Counted from the first letter of the stretch, positions 1-8,426 are shown. The stretch is DNA of 60,138 nucleotides from an uncultured Opitutia bacterium (GCA_903925205.1 CAIYEN010000181.1:1-60138), one strand, 5' to 3'. The notes: generated by a model not told the origin, from the letters alone. Made by a program: numbers and translations.

Positions 1-63
1 ACGTCGAGTTTTCCCTGCGTAGCCATGTCCCTACTACTGCGGGGAGTCGGGTTTGATGTGAAC

Positions 64-97
64 CAAAAACAGGGCCGGCCCGTTTCCGGACCGACCC
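64..97 (-). terminator. Candidate rho-independent terminator 3' of the tRNA-Leu-like gene
   Basis: The minus strand reads GGGTCGGTCCG-GAAA-CGGGCCGGCCC (11-bp stem including two G.U pairs, GNRA loop), followed by TGTTTTTG. Confidence 0.45.
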
Positions 98-106
98 AGC
101 CTAAAT

Positions 107-190
107 TGGTGATCATGACGGGACTTGAACCCGGACACCTTGCGGCACATGCACCTCAAGCATGCGTGTCTGCCAGTCCACCACCTGAGC
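107..190 (-). tRNA. tRNA-Leu(GAG)-like gene, class II with a long variable arm and encoded CCA; acceptor and T stems are imperfect, so it may be defective
   Basis: Minus-strand read: GCTCAGG-TG-GTG-GACTGGCAGA-CAC-G-CATGC-TTGAGGT-GCATG-TGCCGCAAGGTGT-CCGGG-TTCAAGT-CCCGT-CATGATC-A-CCA. The D arm, anticodon loop (U33, GAG, G37), variable arm and T loop are canonical. Pairs 2-71, 6-67 and 49-65 are mismatched. Confidence 0.6.
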
Positions 191-295
191 AATCTAAGGA
201 AGGTGGAAAGTGGAACACCCGGGCATCAGTGCAAGAAAAAAGCGTTTGTGCCCACGCTTGCCAAGCGAGGTATCTTTGCCAACTCTCGACCCGCA

Positions 296-1762
296 ATGTC
301 TCCCGATCCGGCCGATTCGTCCCGCCCCCCCGAAGATTCTATCAAACCGATAGACCTTTCTTCGCTTGGTTTTGGCCCTTCCTGGGTGGACGGCCCGAAC
401 GAAAACATCGGCGCCAGTCGAGGTTCCCGCCGCGAAGGCGGCGACCGTCCTTCCTTCCGTGAGGGTGGTAACCGTGGTCCCTCCCGTGGCCCCGGCGGTC
501 CGTCCCGCGGCCCCGGCGGTCCGTCCCGCGGACCCGGTGGTCCCTCGCGTGGCCCCGGTGGTCCCGGTGGCCCGTCCCGTGGCCCGCGCGACGATCGTCG
601 CGGACCCTCGCGTGACGACCGTGGCGATCGCTTCCAAGACGAGCCAGCGATTCCGCAGATGGTCGTAACGTCCGGCTTCTTCCCCGACGACGCCAAATTT
701 GAGTTACTCGGCGATGCGATGAAGAAGAGCCAAATCACGTACGAGCTCTTCAGCGTCGCGCTGCTGATTTTGGACAAGGAAGATCGTCTTTCGATTGTCA
801 TCAGACCGGCCGACGCCGAAAAGCGCCCCGATGCGACGCTCTCCATTTCCGTGCCAGACAGCGTCCCGTTCTTGACCGAAGCCGAAGCCGTGAGCCACGT
901 GCTCAACCGCCACCTCGACAAGTTCTTCGATACGGTCGAGGTCGAAACCGAAGCGCCGAAGGGCTCCTTCTTAATGGTCGCCCGCTGCAAGCGCACGGGG
1001 GCGATTCTCGGCTCGCCGACGCACCACAGTTACCAGAAGGCCCTCCGCGAACACCACGCGCGCACCTGCCCGAACGCCGCGTTTGACCGCTTCAAGGCTG
1101 ACCTCGAAATGGTCCGCGAACCCGAAGCCATCGAGGCGTGGAAGAAGTCCATGTCCACCCGCACGGAATACGCCCCGAAGGACCGCCAGGAAGGCGAACC
1201 AGAGCGCCTGGAAAGCATGGACGCCGCCCGCGGCTTCCTGCTGGCCTTCCGCCGCGAAGCCACCGTCATCTCCCGCAATCAGGTCCGCTTCCCCGGCCGT
1301 CTCCTTGCCGAGATGCCCCCGGGCCCGCTCCGCGATTGCGTCCGCTACGCCCTCGACCGCCAGCGCGACTTCCCGCTCGATACCGCCAACGGCATCCGCG
1401 GCCGCCTCCGCAAGGAAGGCTTCCACCTCTACAAGAAGGGCTCCAAGGGTATCACCTACGCTTGTGGCGTGCGCCGCAAGTGCCGTGACCCGAAGTCTAG
1501 CTTCAGCGACTCGATGCAGAAGATCTTCGACTGCCTCGACAAGACGTCCGGCATCCAAGGCAAGGACGTCGCCCTCGCCGTCGCCGGGGAAACCGCGGAT
1601 GACGCCGCCAAGGCCCGCGTGCTGGCCGACCTGAACTTCCTCATCGGAGAAGGCTACATCGCCAAGCTCCACGATGGTCGTCTCTTTGCCCAGCCCGTGC
1701 TCAGCACCCAGGCGCAGGCCAAGGAAGAAGCGGCTAACGAGGACGCCTCCGAAGAGAAGTAA
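296..1762 (+). CDS. Hypothetical protein: N-terminal Gly/Pro/Arg/Ser-rich repeat region (GPGGPSR units) plus a C-terminal globular part of unknown function
   Basis: Long ORF 125..1762. The first ATG clear of the tRNA is at 296 (MSPDPADS...). Codon periodicity is good and a terminator follows. I recognise no family. Confidence 0.8.
   Translation: MSPDPADSSRPPEDSIKPIDLSSLGFGPSWVDGPNENIGASRGSRREGGDRPSFREGGNRGPSRGPGGPSRGPGGPSRGPGGPSRGPGGPGGPSRGPRDDRRGPSRDDRGDRFQDEPAIPQMVVTSGFFPDDAKFELLGDAMKKSQITYELFSVALLILDKEDRLSIVIRPADAEKRPDATLSISVPDSVPFLTEAEAVSHVLNRHLDKFFDTVEVETEAPKGSFLMVARCKRTGAILGSPTHHSYQKALREHHARTCPNAAFDRFKADLEMVREPEAIEAWKKSMSTRTEYAPKDRQEGEPERLESMDAARGFLLAFRREATVISRNQVRFPGRLLAEMPPGPLRDCVRYALDRQRDFPLDTANGIRGRLRKEGFHLYKKGSKGITYACGVRRKCRDPKSSFSDSMQKIFDCLDKTSGIQGKDVALAVAGETADDAAKARVLADLNFLIGEGYIAKLHDGRLFAQPVLSTQAQAKEEAANEDASEEK
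476..586 (+). repeat. In-frame 21-bp tandem repeat (four units plus a variant) encoding GPSRGPG/GPGGPSR heptads
   Basis: ggtccctcccgtggccccggc / ggtccgtcccgcggccccggc / ggtccgtcccgcggacccggt / ggtccctcgcgtggccccggt, then a variant unit. Confidence 0.85.
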
Positions 1763-1790
1763 GCGCGAGCTAGGCGAGCTTTCGAAAGGC

Positions 1791-1824
1791 AAGGGCAGCA
1801 CCAGGTGCTGCCCTTCTTGTTTCT
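1791..1824 (+). terminator. Rho-independent terminator after the 296..1762 CDS
   Basis: AAGGGCAGCAC-cag-GTGCTGCCCTT hairpin (11 bp), followed by CTTGTTTCTT. Confidence 0.6.
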
Positions 1825-2022
1825 TGCCTTGGTCAGCTAGGCCTCGAGGTAGGGGCGCCACGACGTGGCATCCGCTCGAAACCGTAGACGGCACTCATCG
1901 GGATTGGGCTCTGCCACAAGATACCACACGGCTGGATGCCCACGGACGCGACGCAGTCGCGCCCCTACCCGACTCTCCCCCACTCTCCTCCTACCCTTCC
2001 CCGACTCTTCCCCGACTCTCCC

Positions 2023-2754
2023 TTATTTCCAATTATCCGCAATCCAAGGGGTCGGGAGGACCCGCCGATACCACTTACCGCTGCGGCCCACCAAGGCGTC
2101 TGGCGGATTGGGCACGCCGTGGAAGACGATGATCTTGGCGCCTTCGGGAATCGCGGGCGTCTGGAAAAAGGAGAAGGGGAAATACTTCACGCAGTGGCGC
2201 TTGAAGCTGCGGCACCAAGTCTCGGGCCAATAGCCGACCTTGCCCTGCGAACTTAAGTGCGCTGTCAGAAATTCCTGTTCATTACGGTGACGCTGGCGGA
2301 CGGCTTCCAAGTTCTCCCGGAAATACTCCAGGACGTCGGGATGCGCGCCGGCGGTCCAGCGGTAGACGGAAGAGTTGCCGGTGTAATCGCCCTTCTGCCA
2401 GTCACGGATAATCAGGAATTCACCCGGCTGCTGGAAGAAGGAATCCATGTTGCCGACGATGACGATGTCGATGTCGAGGAAGAGGACTTCCCCCTTCAGC
2501 TCAGGGCCGCCCGGAGCACTGAGGTCGGGCGAGAAAGACACCAGCTTCGTCCAGCCACGCTCCGGGGCGCCCGCGGGGAGCTTGAGACTCGGAATGGGGA
2601 AGGTCTCGATGCCGGGATTGAGGCCATCCTTATTATCGGTGAGACAAACGAAGCGATGCGGCATCGTGAGATGCCGCTGGACCATCGAGTGGAGACGGTT
2701 GACGTATTCGGGACCATACTTGGTGCCCCACTTCATGCAAAGGACGGTAGCCAT
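2023..2754 (-). CDS. Putative glycosyltransferase-like protein (family uncertain)
   Basis: Starts MATVLCMKWGTKYGPEYVNRL..., with a DxD-like LDIDIV. The Arg-rich N-terminal extension of ORF 2023..3135 looks non-coding. ATG at 2752-2754. Confidence 0.7.
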   Translation of the reverse strand: MATVLCMKWGTKYGPEYVNRLHSMVQRHLTMPHRFVCLTDNKDGLNPGIETFPIPSLKLPAGAPERGWTKLVSFSPDLSAPGGPELKGEVLFLDIDIVIVGNMDSFFQQPGEFLIIRDWQKGDYTGNSSVYRWTAGAHPDVLEYFRENLEAVRQRHRNEQEFLTAHLSSQGKVGYWPETWCRSFKRHCVKYFPFSFFQTPAIPEGAKIIVFHGVPNPPDALVGRSGKWYRRVLPTPWIADNWK

Positions 2755-2864
2755 GCGAGGTTCCCATCGTGGGCGAGGAATCGCCCGTCCTCCAGAGTAA
2801 ACCGCTCCCCCAACCGAGCTTTCCGCCCCTTGCAGACCAGCCGCTTTGGGGTAAAGTGCTCGGC

Positions 2865-3074
2865 ATGAGCGACGACGACTACACCCCCGACGACGGCGGC
2901 GACCCAACGAACAACCACGGCCACGGCGAGGACGGCGACCGTGACCACGAGGCCGGCAGTTTCTACGAAGAACAGTACATCTGGGACAAAAATGATGATG
3001 ACGCACGCCGTGGGAGCTGCTTGCTCGTGCTCTTCGCACTGCCCGCCGCCGGCCTACTGGCGTTGCTCTGGTAA
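2865..3074 (+). CDS. Candidate small (69 aa) acidic protein with a C-terminal hydrophobic tail ending in Trp
   Basis: Inner ATG of ORF 2769..3074. Strong 3-nt periodicity; by hand count 56/69 codons end in G/C. Sequence MSDDDYTPDDGGD...HGHGEDGDRDHE...YIWDK...LLVLFALPAAGLLALLW. An antisense ORF (2733..2948) is an alternative reading. Confidence 0.3.
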   Translation: MSDDDYTPDDGGDPTNNHGHGEDGDRDHEAGSFYEEQYIWDKNDDDARRGSCLLVLFALPAAGLLALLW

Positions 3075-3085
3075 AGGCCCAAGCT

Positions 3086-4591
3086 TCAGAGCACGTCCTT
3101 ATAAAAATCTGGCCGCCAAGTCCAGCGGGGGTCATGCAGGACGCGTAACGACTCTTCGACCGTCAGGCCCGTCGCCGCACTGGCGCGATTATTCGCCCGT
3201 GTGCTCACCCACTGCTGCCGCTCGGCGGGCGTCAACCGATCCATCCGCCCATGCGGCACGCCCATGGCCACCAGATGGAGCCAGAAGCCTTCGAGCTGGA
3301 AGATACTCTGGGCAGGAGTCAGGAGCTCCACTTCCAGACAAAAGGTCGGGCCGTTCTCTTGGTAGAAATCGACGAGGCGTTGGGCGCCATGCAACGCGAC
3401 GTGCTCGCGACAATGCCGCCAGAAAGGCGTATCCGCCCGACGGTTAAAACGGTAATGGACGGCCAAGAAATCGCGGATCTCGTCCCAGAGCCGACCACAC
3501 AAGCGATCCGTCGATTCCCGCATGCAGTGGTTCTTCTTAAAGCCGCCCTCGGTGAGCGCAATCGTAAGGAAGCGACACTCGTGGGCGATGCACAGCAGGG
3601 AGGTCGCCTCGAGGGGTTCCACGAAGCCAGCCGCATTGCCGACGGCGAAGACGTTGCCGACCCATTGGTGGGCATAGCGCCCAGGGACAAAGGGCACAAT
3701 GCGGGTCGGACCCACCTTAGGGTTCTTGGCCCTAAACTCGGCCTCCGCTGCCGCATCCGAAATAAACTTTGAGCTATAAACATAACCGCGGTTGATGCGT
3801 CCCGGATGCTCAATCTGCCAAGCCCAGCCTGCATCCATGGTCTCCGCCGTGGTGTACGGTAGAATCGGCTCCGTCGTCCGCGCCCAACCGCCAACGATGG
3901 CTTTATCACAGAAGAGCGAGTCGGCGTAACTCATGAAAGGCGTCCCCAGCGCCTTACCGATGAGCTCGGCACGGAAGCCAGAGGCATCGACAAAGAAGTC
4001 CGCCGCCAAACGTTGGCCATCTTTCAGGTGTAAGGCTTGGATCTCCCCGCCAGCCTGTTCAACCGAGGCGAGGTCCCCATCAATCACTTCGATACCCAGC
4101 TTAGCCGCGTGACGCTCCAACCAAGCAACGAGCTCAGCGTTCTCGAGATGATAACCGACCGTGGGATTCACCAGCGGCCACGGACCCTCTGGGCTGCGCG
4201 GAAAAACTTTCCCCGCCGCCATCATCGAGGTAAAGATGTCCACGTCGGCTAGCGTCTCCGTGCAAGCGAAGCCAATCGGCACGCCCGAGGGCTCGAACTT
4301 CTGCCGTAGGGCGCCGGTGAACGTATAGTGGTAGTCTTCTTGCCCCCAAACGAACTTGATACCGAGTTTGAGCGAGGGCTTCACTGCCCGATAGAACTCG
4401 GTAGGAGAAACGCGCAAGAAGCCGTGAATAAAACGCAAGAGATCCGTCGTACTCCCCTCGCCGACCCCGATGATCCCCAACGTCGGACTACGCACCACCC
4501 GGACACGCAGGCGTGGTTGGTGGGTCTTCAGGCTGGCAGCCATAAAGAAGCCTGCGGTTCCACCGCCAAGGATGATGACATCCTGAATCAT
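3086..4591 (-). CDS. FAD-dependent tryptophan-halogenase-family protein
   Basis: N-terminal IILGGGTAGFFMA (GxGxxG), GVGEGST, KLGIKF, GWAWQIE (WxWxIP-like) and FVEPLEATS. I prefer the ATG at 4591; the ORF also opens at a GTG at 4630. Confidence 0.85.
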   Translation of the reverse strand: MIQDVIILGGGTAGFFMAASLKTHQPRLRVRVVRSPTLGIIGVGEGSTTDLLRFIHGFLRVSPTEFYRAVKPSLKLGIKFVWGQEDYHYTFTGALRQKFEPSGVPIGFACTETLADVDIFTSMMAAGKVFPRSPEGPWPLVNPTVGYHLENAELVAWLERHAAKLGIEVIDGDLASVEQAGGEIQALHLKDGQRLAADFFVDASGFRAELIGKALGTPFMSYADSLFCDKAIVGGWARTTEPILPYTTAETMDAGWAWQIEHPGRINRGYVYSSKFISDAAAEAEFRAKNPKVGPTRIVPFVPGRYAHQWVGNVFAVGNAAGFVEPLEATSLLCIAHECRFLTIALTEGGFKKNHCMRESTDRLCGRLWDEIRDFLAVHYRFNRRADTPFWRHCREHVALHGAQRLVDFYQENGPTFCLEVELLTPAQSIFQLEGFWLHLVAMGVPHGRMDRLTPAERQQWVSTRANNRASAATGLTVEESLRVLHDPRWTWRPDFYKDVL

Positions 4592-4682
4592 AGGGGTTGT
4601 CGGGGGTAGCGACGTCCCGAAACTAACCACCCCGACCCGTAGGTCAAGCGTCTCGTATTATAGAGTCTTACAAGGATAAATC

Positions 4683-7600
4683 TTACCGCAGCGAACGGAG
4701 CCAGGCGACGAGGTCCGCCAACTCGGCTGGCGAAAAAGCGGCATCGAGGCCACCCGGCATCAAGCTGGCTTCGAGCTGGGTATCGCTCATCACGCTGGTT
4801 ACGGGCAAGGTCTGGAGCTGGCCAGCGGCGTCCATCAGCACGAGCCCTTCGGCCCCACGGGACTTAATCAAGCCCAGGTGGTTCGCACCATCGGCGGTGA
4901 CAACGGCATGAAGCTCATAATCCCGCGCGATCGTATTACTGGGGAAAAGAATGCTTTCGACGAGTTCGCGTTCCGTACGAATCGCCCCGATGCGCGAGAG
5001 GTTCGGCCCGATGGCCCGGCCCACCTCACCCACCTGGTGGCAGGCGACGCAAGCGCCCTTCCCTGCCGCGAAATTTCGGGCCCCAGCTTCCGGGCGGCCA
5101 CTCCGAGCCGCTTCTTGGGCCCAGGCATCGAGCTGAGACTTCTTGGCCGCGGTGGCAGCCAGGGCCGCGTTAAACGCTGGCTCCATGACTTCGAAGACGG
5201 GGCGGGGCCACTTGGCGAAGGCGACGCGCACCTCATCGGGCTGGAGCGTGCCGAGCTGCGGCGACTGCGCGAAGGCCGCCGCGATCTGCTTCCCTTGCTC
5301 GGGAGTGTACTTTCGCTGATTCCGCAAGAAGTCCCCTTGCTCAATCGGTCCGGCCTGCATGAGCACAGGGAGATAGCGTTCCAATTGGGCCGCCGAGAGC
5401 GGCGCTTCCGACAGGCGGCGAGCGGCTTCAATCCGTGGGCCGGCTTGTCCAGCGTCCGCAACTAATGCCAAGAGTAAGTCAAAGGCGGCTGGACTCAGTT
5501 TGCTGCCAGCATCCGATAGGGCCAAGAGCGCCCGTAGGCGCAAAGGAGCGGGGCGTGCCTGGTCGGCGGCGAACACGTTGAGACGAGCGTCAAAACTCCG
5601 ATGCTTCACGCGGGTGATGGCCTCGAAGAGCCCGGGGGTCACCTCCGTATCCAGAAGGCCAAGCAAGACCGGCCGCCACTGCTGGTCCGGCAATTTACCG
5701 GTGGAGTTGGCGATGGCCTTCAGTGCCACCTGTCGCACGGGCCCTTGCTTGGTGAGCGCCGTCGCCAAGGCCTTCGCGACCTCCGGGCCGCTGGCCAGCG
5801 CGGTCCCCAGACGTTCAAAAGCCAGGAGGCGGCGGTCGGACAGCACCGATGCCGCCAGCCAATCCGTAAAAACGTTGGCGACCCGGGCATCGGCATCCGG
5901 CGCCTTGCCGATAGCAGCGGCGGCATTTGTCGCCAAGGCGGGCTCCGCCGCGTCTAAAACTGTCGCCGCGAAATCGTAGACCGCCGCCAGGTCTTCGGGC
6001 TTGGTCGCGACCTGCGAAAGAATCCGTAGCAGGCGGGCCTGTTGCCGCGGAGTCTGGGCGGCCTTGAGCTGCCCCACGCCAAAAGCCTGCGTCTTCATCG
6101 CGGCGTATTCGGCCGCATGTTCGAGAAAAGCATCGAGGGGCTTATCCAATAGCTCCAGCAACGCGGCGCGCGCAGCCGGCGTGCCGACCATGCGGAAGGT
6201 GAGCTGCTCGCAGGCCCGCCGGGCCACGGCGGGATCAGCCGACGCCAAGTCGCGGGCGATATCCTCGTCGCTGAGCACGCGATAAGGGGAAGGCTTCGCG
6301 GCTGCCAAGGCCACGGGCTTGATGGGACGGACACGATAAATGCCTCCGGGCACGTTGGCGGAGTTGAGGAGACTGGAGGGACAATGCGGATACCACGTGC
6401 CAGTATCCAGCACGAGCAAAGAACCGTCCGGAGCTTCGACAACGTCGGTGAGGTGGGCGCCCGTCTTGGTGAGGCTAAGAAATTCGTGTTCGGAGGCGCG
6501 GTAACCAGCGCCTTCCTTCTGGAGTTCAAGACGGATGACCTTCTGCGAGTTGTAAAGCGACACCATGAGGTGGAGGTTTTCGGAAGCAGCGGCGAGAGCT
6601 GGCGCGAGTTCATTGGCGCGCGACCACAGGGCACAACCACTCGGGACCATGTGTCCGAGGTTGGCGACTAAGGGCATCTTCTCGTGCGTGCGGAGCTGGT
6701 CGGCGACGATGTGCAACCAATCTGGACGGGTGTAGATGCCGCCGAGCTGCCACTGGCCGATGGTGTCGTGCCGCGGGACGCCGTTATACAAATTGCAGGT
6801 GCCGAAGATCTCCCCCGTCGGCGCGAAGGCTAGGCCCGTCGGGTTATCCCCGCAAATCAGCGAGTGCCAGCGGACATCCGAGCCATCGAGGCGCATCGAC
6901 CACACCCCGCTGGCCATGCCTTTGTGGACCAACGTCCCATCCTGCTGCTTCACGTCGTGACCTTTGCGGCCGTGGGTCCAATAGAGGCGGCCATCTGGGT
7001 GCAACCACGGGCCATGGACGTCAGCACCATTAGCACTCCACTGGAAGCCGCCGACGAGCAGTTCGCGCTTCTCCGCGACACCGTCGCCATTCGCATCCGT
7101 GAACTTCCAAATGCCTGGCGGCGAAGCAACGTAGAGCGCCCCATTCGCCCAGCAGGCACCTTTCGGGACCGTGAGACGGTCGGCAAAGACCGTACTACGA
7201 TCATAGACGCCATCGCCATCGCGATCTTCCAGCATGACGATACGACCCGCCTGCTCTTTTTCGTGCTGGGCCACGCCCCAAGTCACGCCGGGTGAGTCCC
7301 CGACAAAGAGCCGGCCCTGCGCATCGACGCAACCTAAGGTGGGGTGTGCGACCATCCCAGCGGGGACGGCATTGATGAGTTCAAAGCCTGCGGGGAGCTT
7401 AGCCACGGGAGCCACGCCGGCGCCCTGGCCCTTAGCCAAGGTCATTTCGACTGGCCGAGCCACATAGGCTGGTACCCCTTTCGGGCGCACAGGCTCGCCC
7501 ACGGGCGCCGCGGTGGTTTTCTTGGGCGCCGCGGGGGCGGGTGTCCACTTTTCGGTGAAAGCACCGAGCGGGTGGAGCTCGTAACGGCGCACGAACATCT

Positions 7601-8426
7601 CAGCGGCCTCGGTCTGCAAGAGGATACGGCCACCGCTGGGCTTACACTCATAGGCACGATTCACGAGGACACCGTTGGTGAAGTACTCCAGCGTATCGCC
7701 CTTCGCAATGACCTCGAAGCGCGTCCATTCGCCCGAGGGCGATTCGACGTCTTCCCGCCCACGGTAACCTTTGTTGTCCTTCCAATCGACGTCGCGGTGC
7801 TGCCAATTAAGGCGCCCGCCCGTCATGGTCACGCGGGGAGCACCCGGGGTCCAGATGGCTTCTTTATCCCGATCGCGACCGAGCTCTGCGCTGATGGATA
7901 CCGGCAAGGGAATGCCGTCGGCGGTCTTCGCACTGAGGACGAGGATATCGCCGACGCCGCCTTCGATAATCTGCGCTTCAATGCTGGCCATCCAAGCACC
8001 GCCTTGGGCACCAATGGGCCCGAAGCAGTGCACGAGAATACCGTTATCGCGGGAGCGCTTCGCACGGTTACCCCACGTGAGTTCGCCCCACTGGAATTCA
8101 CAGACGAGGTGGTAGTCCTTGTAGGCACCCTTCGTCACCATGCTCCCGTAGCCTTCACCGCTCACACGGAGTGAGCCATCCGGCTGCAGCTTGTAAACTT
8201 CCTTGGGGTCGCCATGGATGTCCGCCTTCGGATTGATGTGGTAGTCCATCTTCCCCTCGCGCACGTGGTCGAGGAGGTTGATGAGCTTCGTCACCGCTTC
8301 TTGCGGAGGCTCCGGCGGTAGGACAGGGATGGGCTTAGCGGGCGGTGGCGTCTGCGCCCACGCCGATAGTGCGTAGAGCAGGACCGAACCGTACGCGAGC
8401 CAACGGGGTGTTGGGGTAGGACTCAT
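4683..8426 (-). CDS. Secreted multidomain protein: DUF1080 (3-keto-disaccharide hydrolase-like), beta-propeller membrane-bound-dehydrogenase-type domain, HEAT-like repeats and a C-terminal cytochrome c domain
   Basis: Signal peptide (LLYALSAWAQT). DUF1080-like DNGILVHC...ILLQTEAAEMFVRRYELHPL. GFELINAV...GRLFVGDSPG dehydrogenase-type segment. Ala/Leu-rich helical repeats. CVACH heme motif within GKGACVACHQVGEVGRAIGPNLSRIG. Confidence 0.9.
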   Translation of the reverse strand: MSPTPTPRWLAYGSVLLYALSAWAQTPPPAKPIPVLPPEPPQEAVTKLINLLDHVREGKMDYHINPKADIHGDPKEVYKLQPDGSLRVSGEGYGSMVTKGAYKDYHLVCEFQWGELTWGNRAKRSRDNGILVHCFGPIGAQGGAWMASIEAQIIEGGVGDILVLSAKTADGIPLPVSISAELGRDRDKEAIWTPGAPRVTMTGGRLNWQHRDVDWKDNKGYRGREDVESPSGEWTRFEVIAKGDTLEYFTNGVLVNRAYECKPSGGRILLQTEAAEMFVRRYELHPLGAFTEKWTPAPAAPKKTTAAPVGEPVRPKGVPAYVARPVEMTLAKGQGAGVAPVAKLPAGFELINAVPAGMVAHPTLGCVDAQGRLFVGDSPGVTWGVAQHEKEQAGRIVMLEDRDGDGVYDRSTVFADRLTVPKGACWANGALYVASPPGIWKFTDANGDGVAEKRELLVGGFQWSANGADVHGPWLHPDGRLYWTHGRKGHDVKQQDGTLVHKGMASGVWSMRLDGSDVRWHSLICGDNPTGLAFAPTGEIFGTCNLYNGVPRHDTIGQWQLGGIYTRPDWLHIVADQLRTHEKMPLVANLGHMVPSGCALWSRANELAPALAAASENLHLMVSLYNSQKVIRLELQKEGAGYRASEHEFLSLTKTGAHLTDVVEAPDGSLLVLDTGTWYPHCPSSLLNSANVPGGIYRVRPIKPVALAAAKPSPYRVLSDEDIARDLASADPAVARRACEQLTFRMVGTPAARAALLELLDKPLDAFLEHAAEYAAMKTQAFGVGQLKAAQTPRQQARLLRILSQVATKPEDLAAVYDFAATVLDAAEPALATNAAAAIGKAPDADARVANVFTDWLAASVLSDRRLLAFERLGTALASGPEVAKALATALTKQGPVRQVALKAIANSTGKLPDQQWRPVLLGLLDTEVTPGLFEAITRVKHRSFDARLNVFAADQARPAPLRLRALLALSDAGSKLSPAAFDLLLALVADAGQAGPRIEAARRLSEAPLSAAQLERYLPVLMQAGPIEQGDFLRNQRKYTPEQGKQIAAAFAQSPQLGTLQPDEVRVAFAKWPRPVFEVMEPAFNAALAATAAKKSQLDAWAQEAARSGRPEAGARNFAAGKGACVACHQVGEVGRAIGPNLSRIGAIRTERELVESILFPSNTIARDYELHAVVTADGANHLGLIKSRGAEGLVLMDAAGQLQTLPVTSVMSDTQLEASLMPGGLDAAFSPAELADLVAWLRSLR

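Noticed and set aside
125-295. 5' extension of the first CDS (ORF 125..1762) and ORF 25..462
   Set aside because: Both overlap the tRNA-Leu-like gene and its flank on the opposite strand. The first ATG clear of the tRNA (296) gives a plausible N-terminus.
476-586. 21-bp tandem repeat as a non-coding VNTR or CRISPR
   Set aside because: It is in frame within a long ORF, and the units differ mostly at synonymous positions, so it is a coding heptad repeat.
971-1894. 307-aa minus-strand ORF opposite the 296..1762 CDS
   Set aside because: It runs through the plus-strand terminator hairpin, its composition is typical of antisense frames, and the sense frame has the protein-level-conserved repeat structure.
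2733-2948. 71-aa minus-strand ORF (Val/Ala-rich TM plus a basic tail) upstream of the glycosyltransferase-like gene
   Set aside because: It occupies the same DNA as the plus-strand candidate 2865..3074. By hand count fewer of its codons end in G/C (52/71 versus 56/69), its 3' half uses rare-looking codons, and it overlaps the downstream start by 22 nt. I keep it only as the alternative reading.
2755-3135. N-terminal 127-aa extension of ORF 2023..3135
   Set aside because: The extension is Arg/Gly/Cys-rich junk (RRRRGCSRRRSCR...). A family-typical N-terminus (MATVLCMKWGTKYGPEYVNRL) begins at the internal ATG at 2754. Similar extensions were trimmed for 39790..42081, 44690..46084, 41825..42913, 33262..33774, 32289..33287 and 53675..54400.
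4640-4670. Perfect TATAAT hexamer (minus strand) between the 1247-aa gene and the halogenase gene as a promoter
   Set aside because: There is no acceptable -35 at 16-18 nt and no TGn extension. The nearby TTGACC lies downstream of it rather than upstream, so this is too weak to call.
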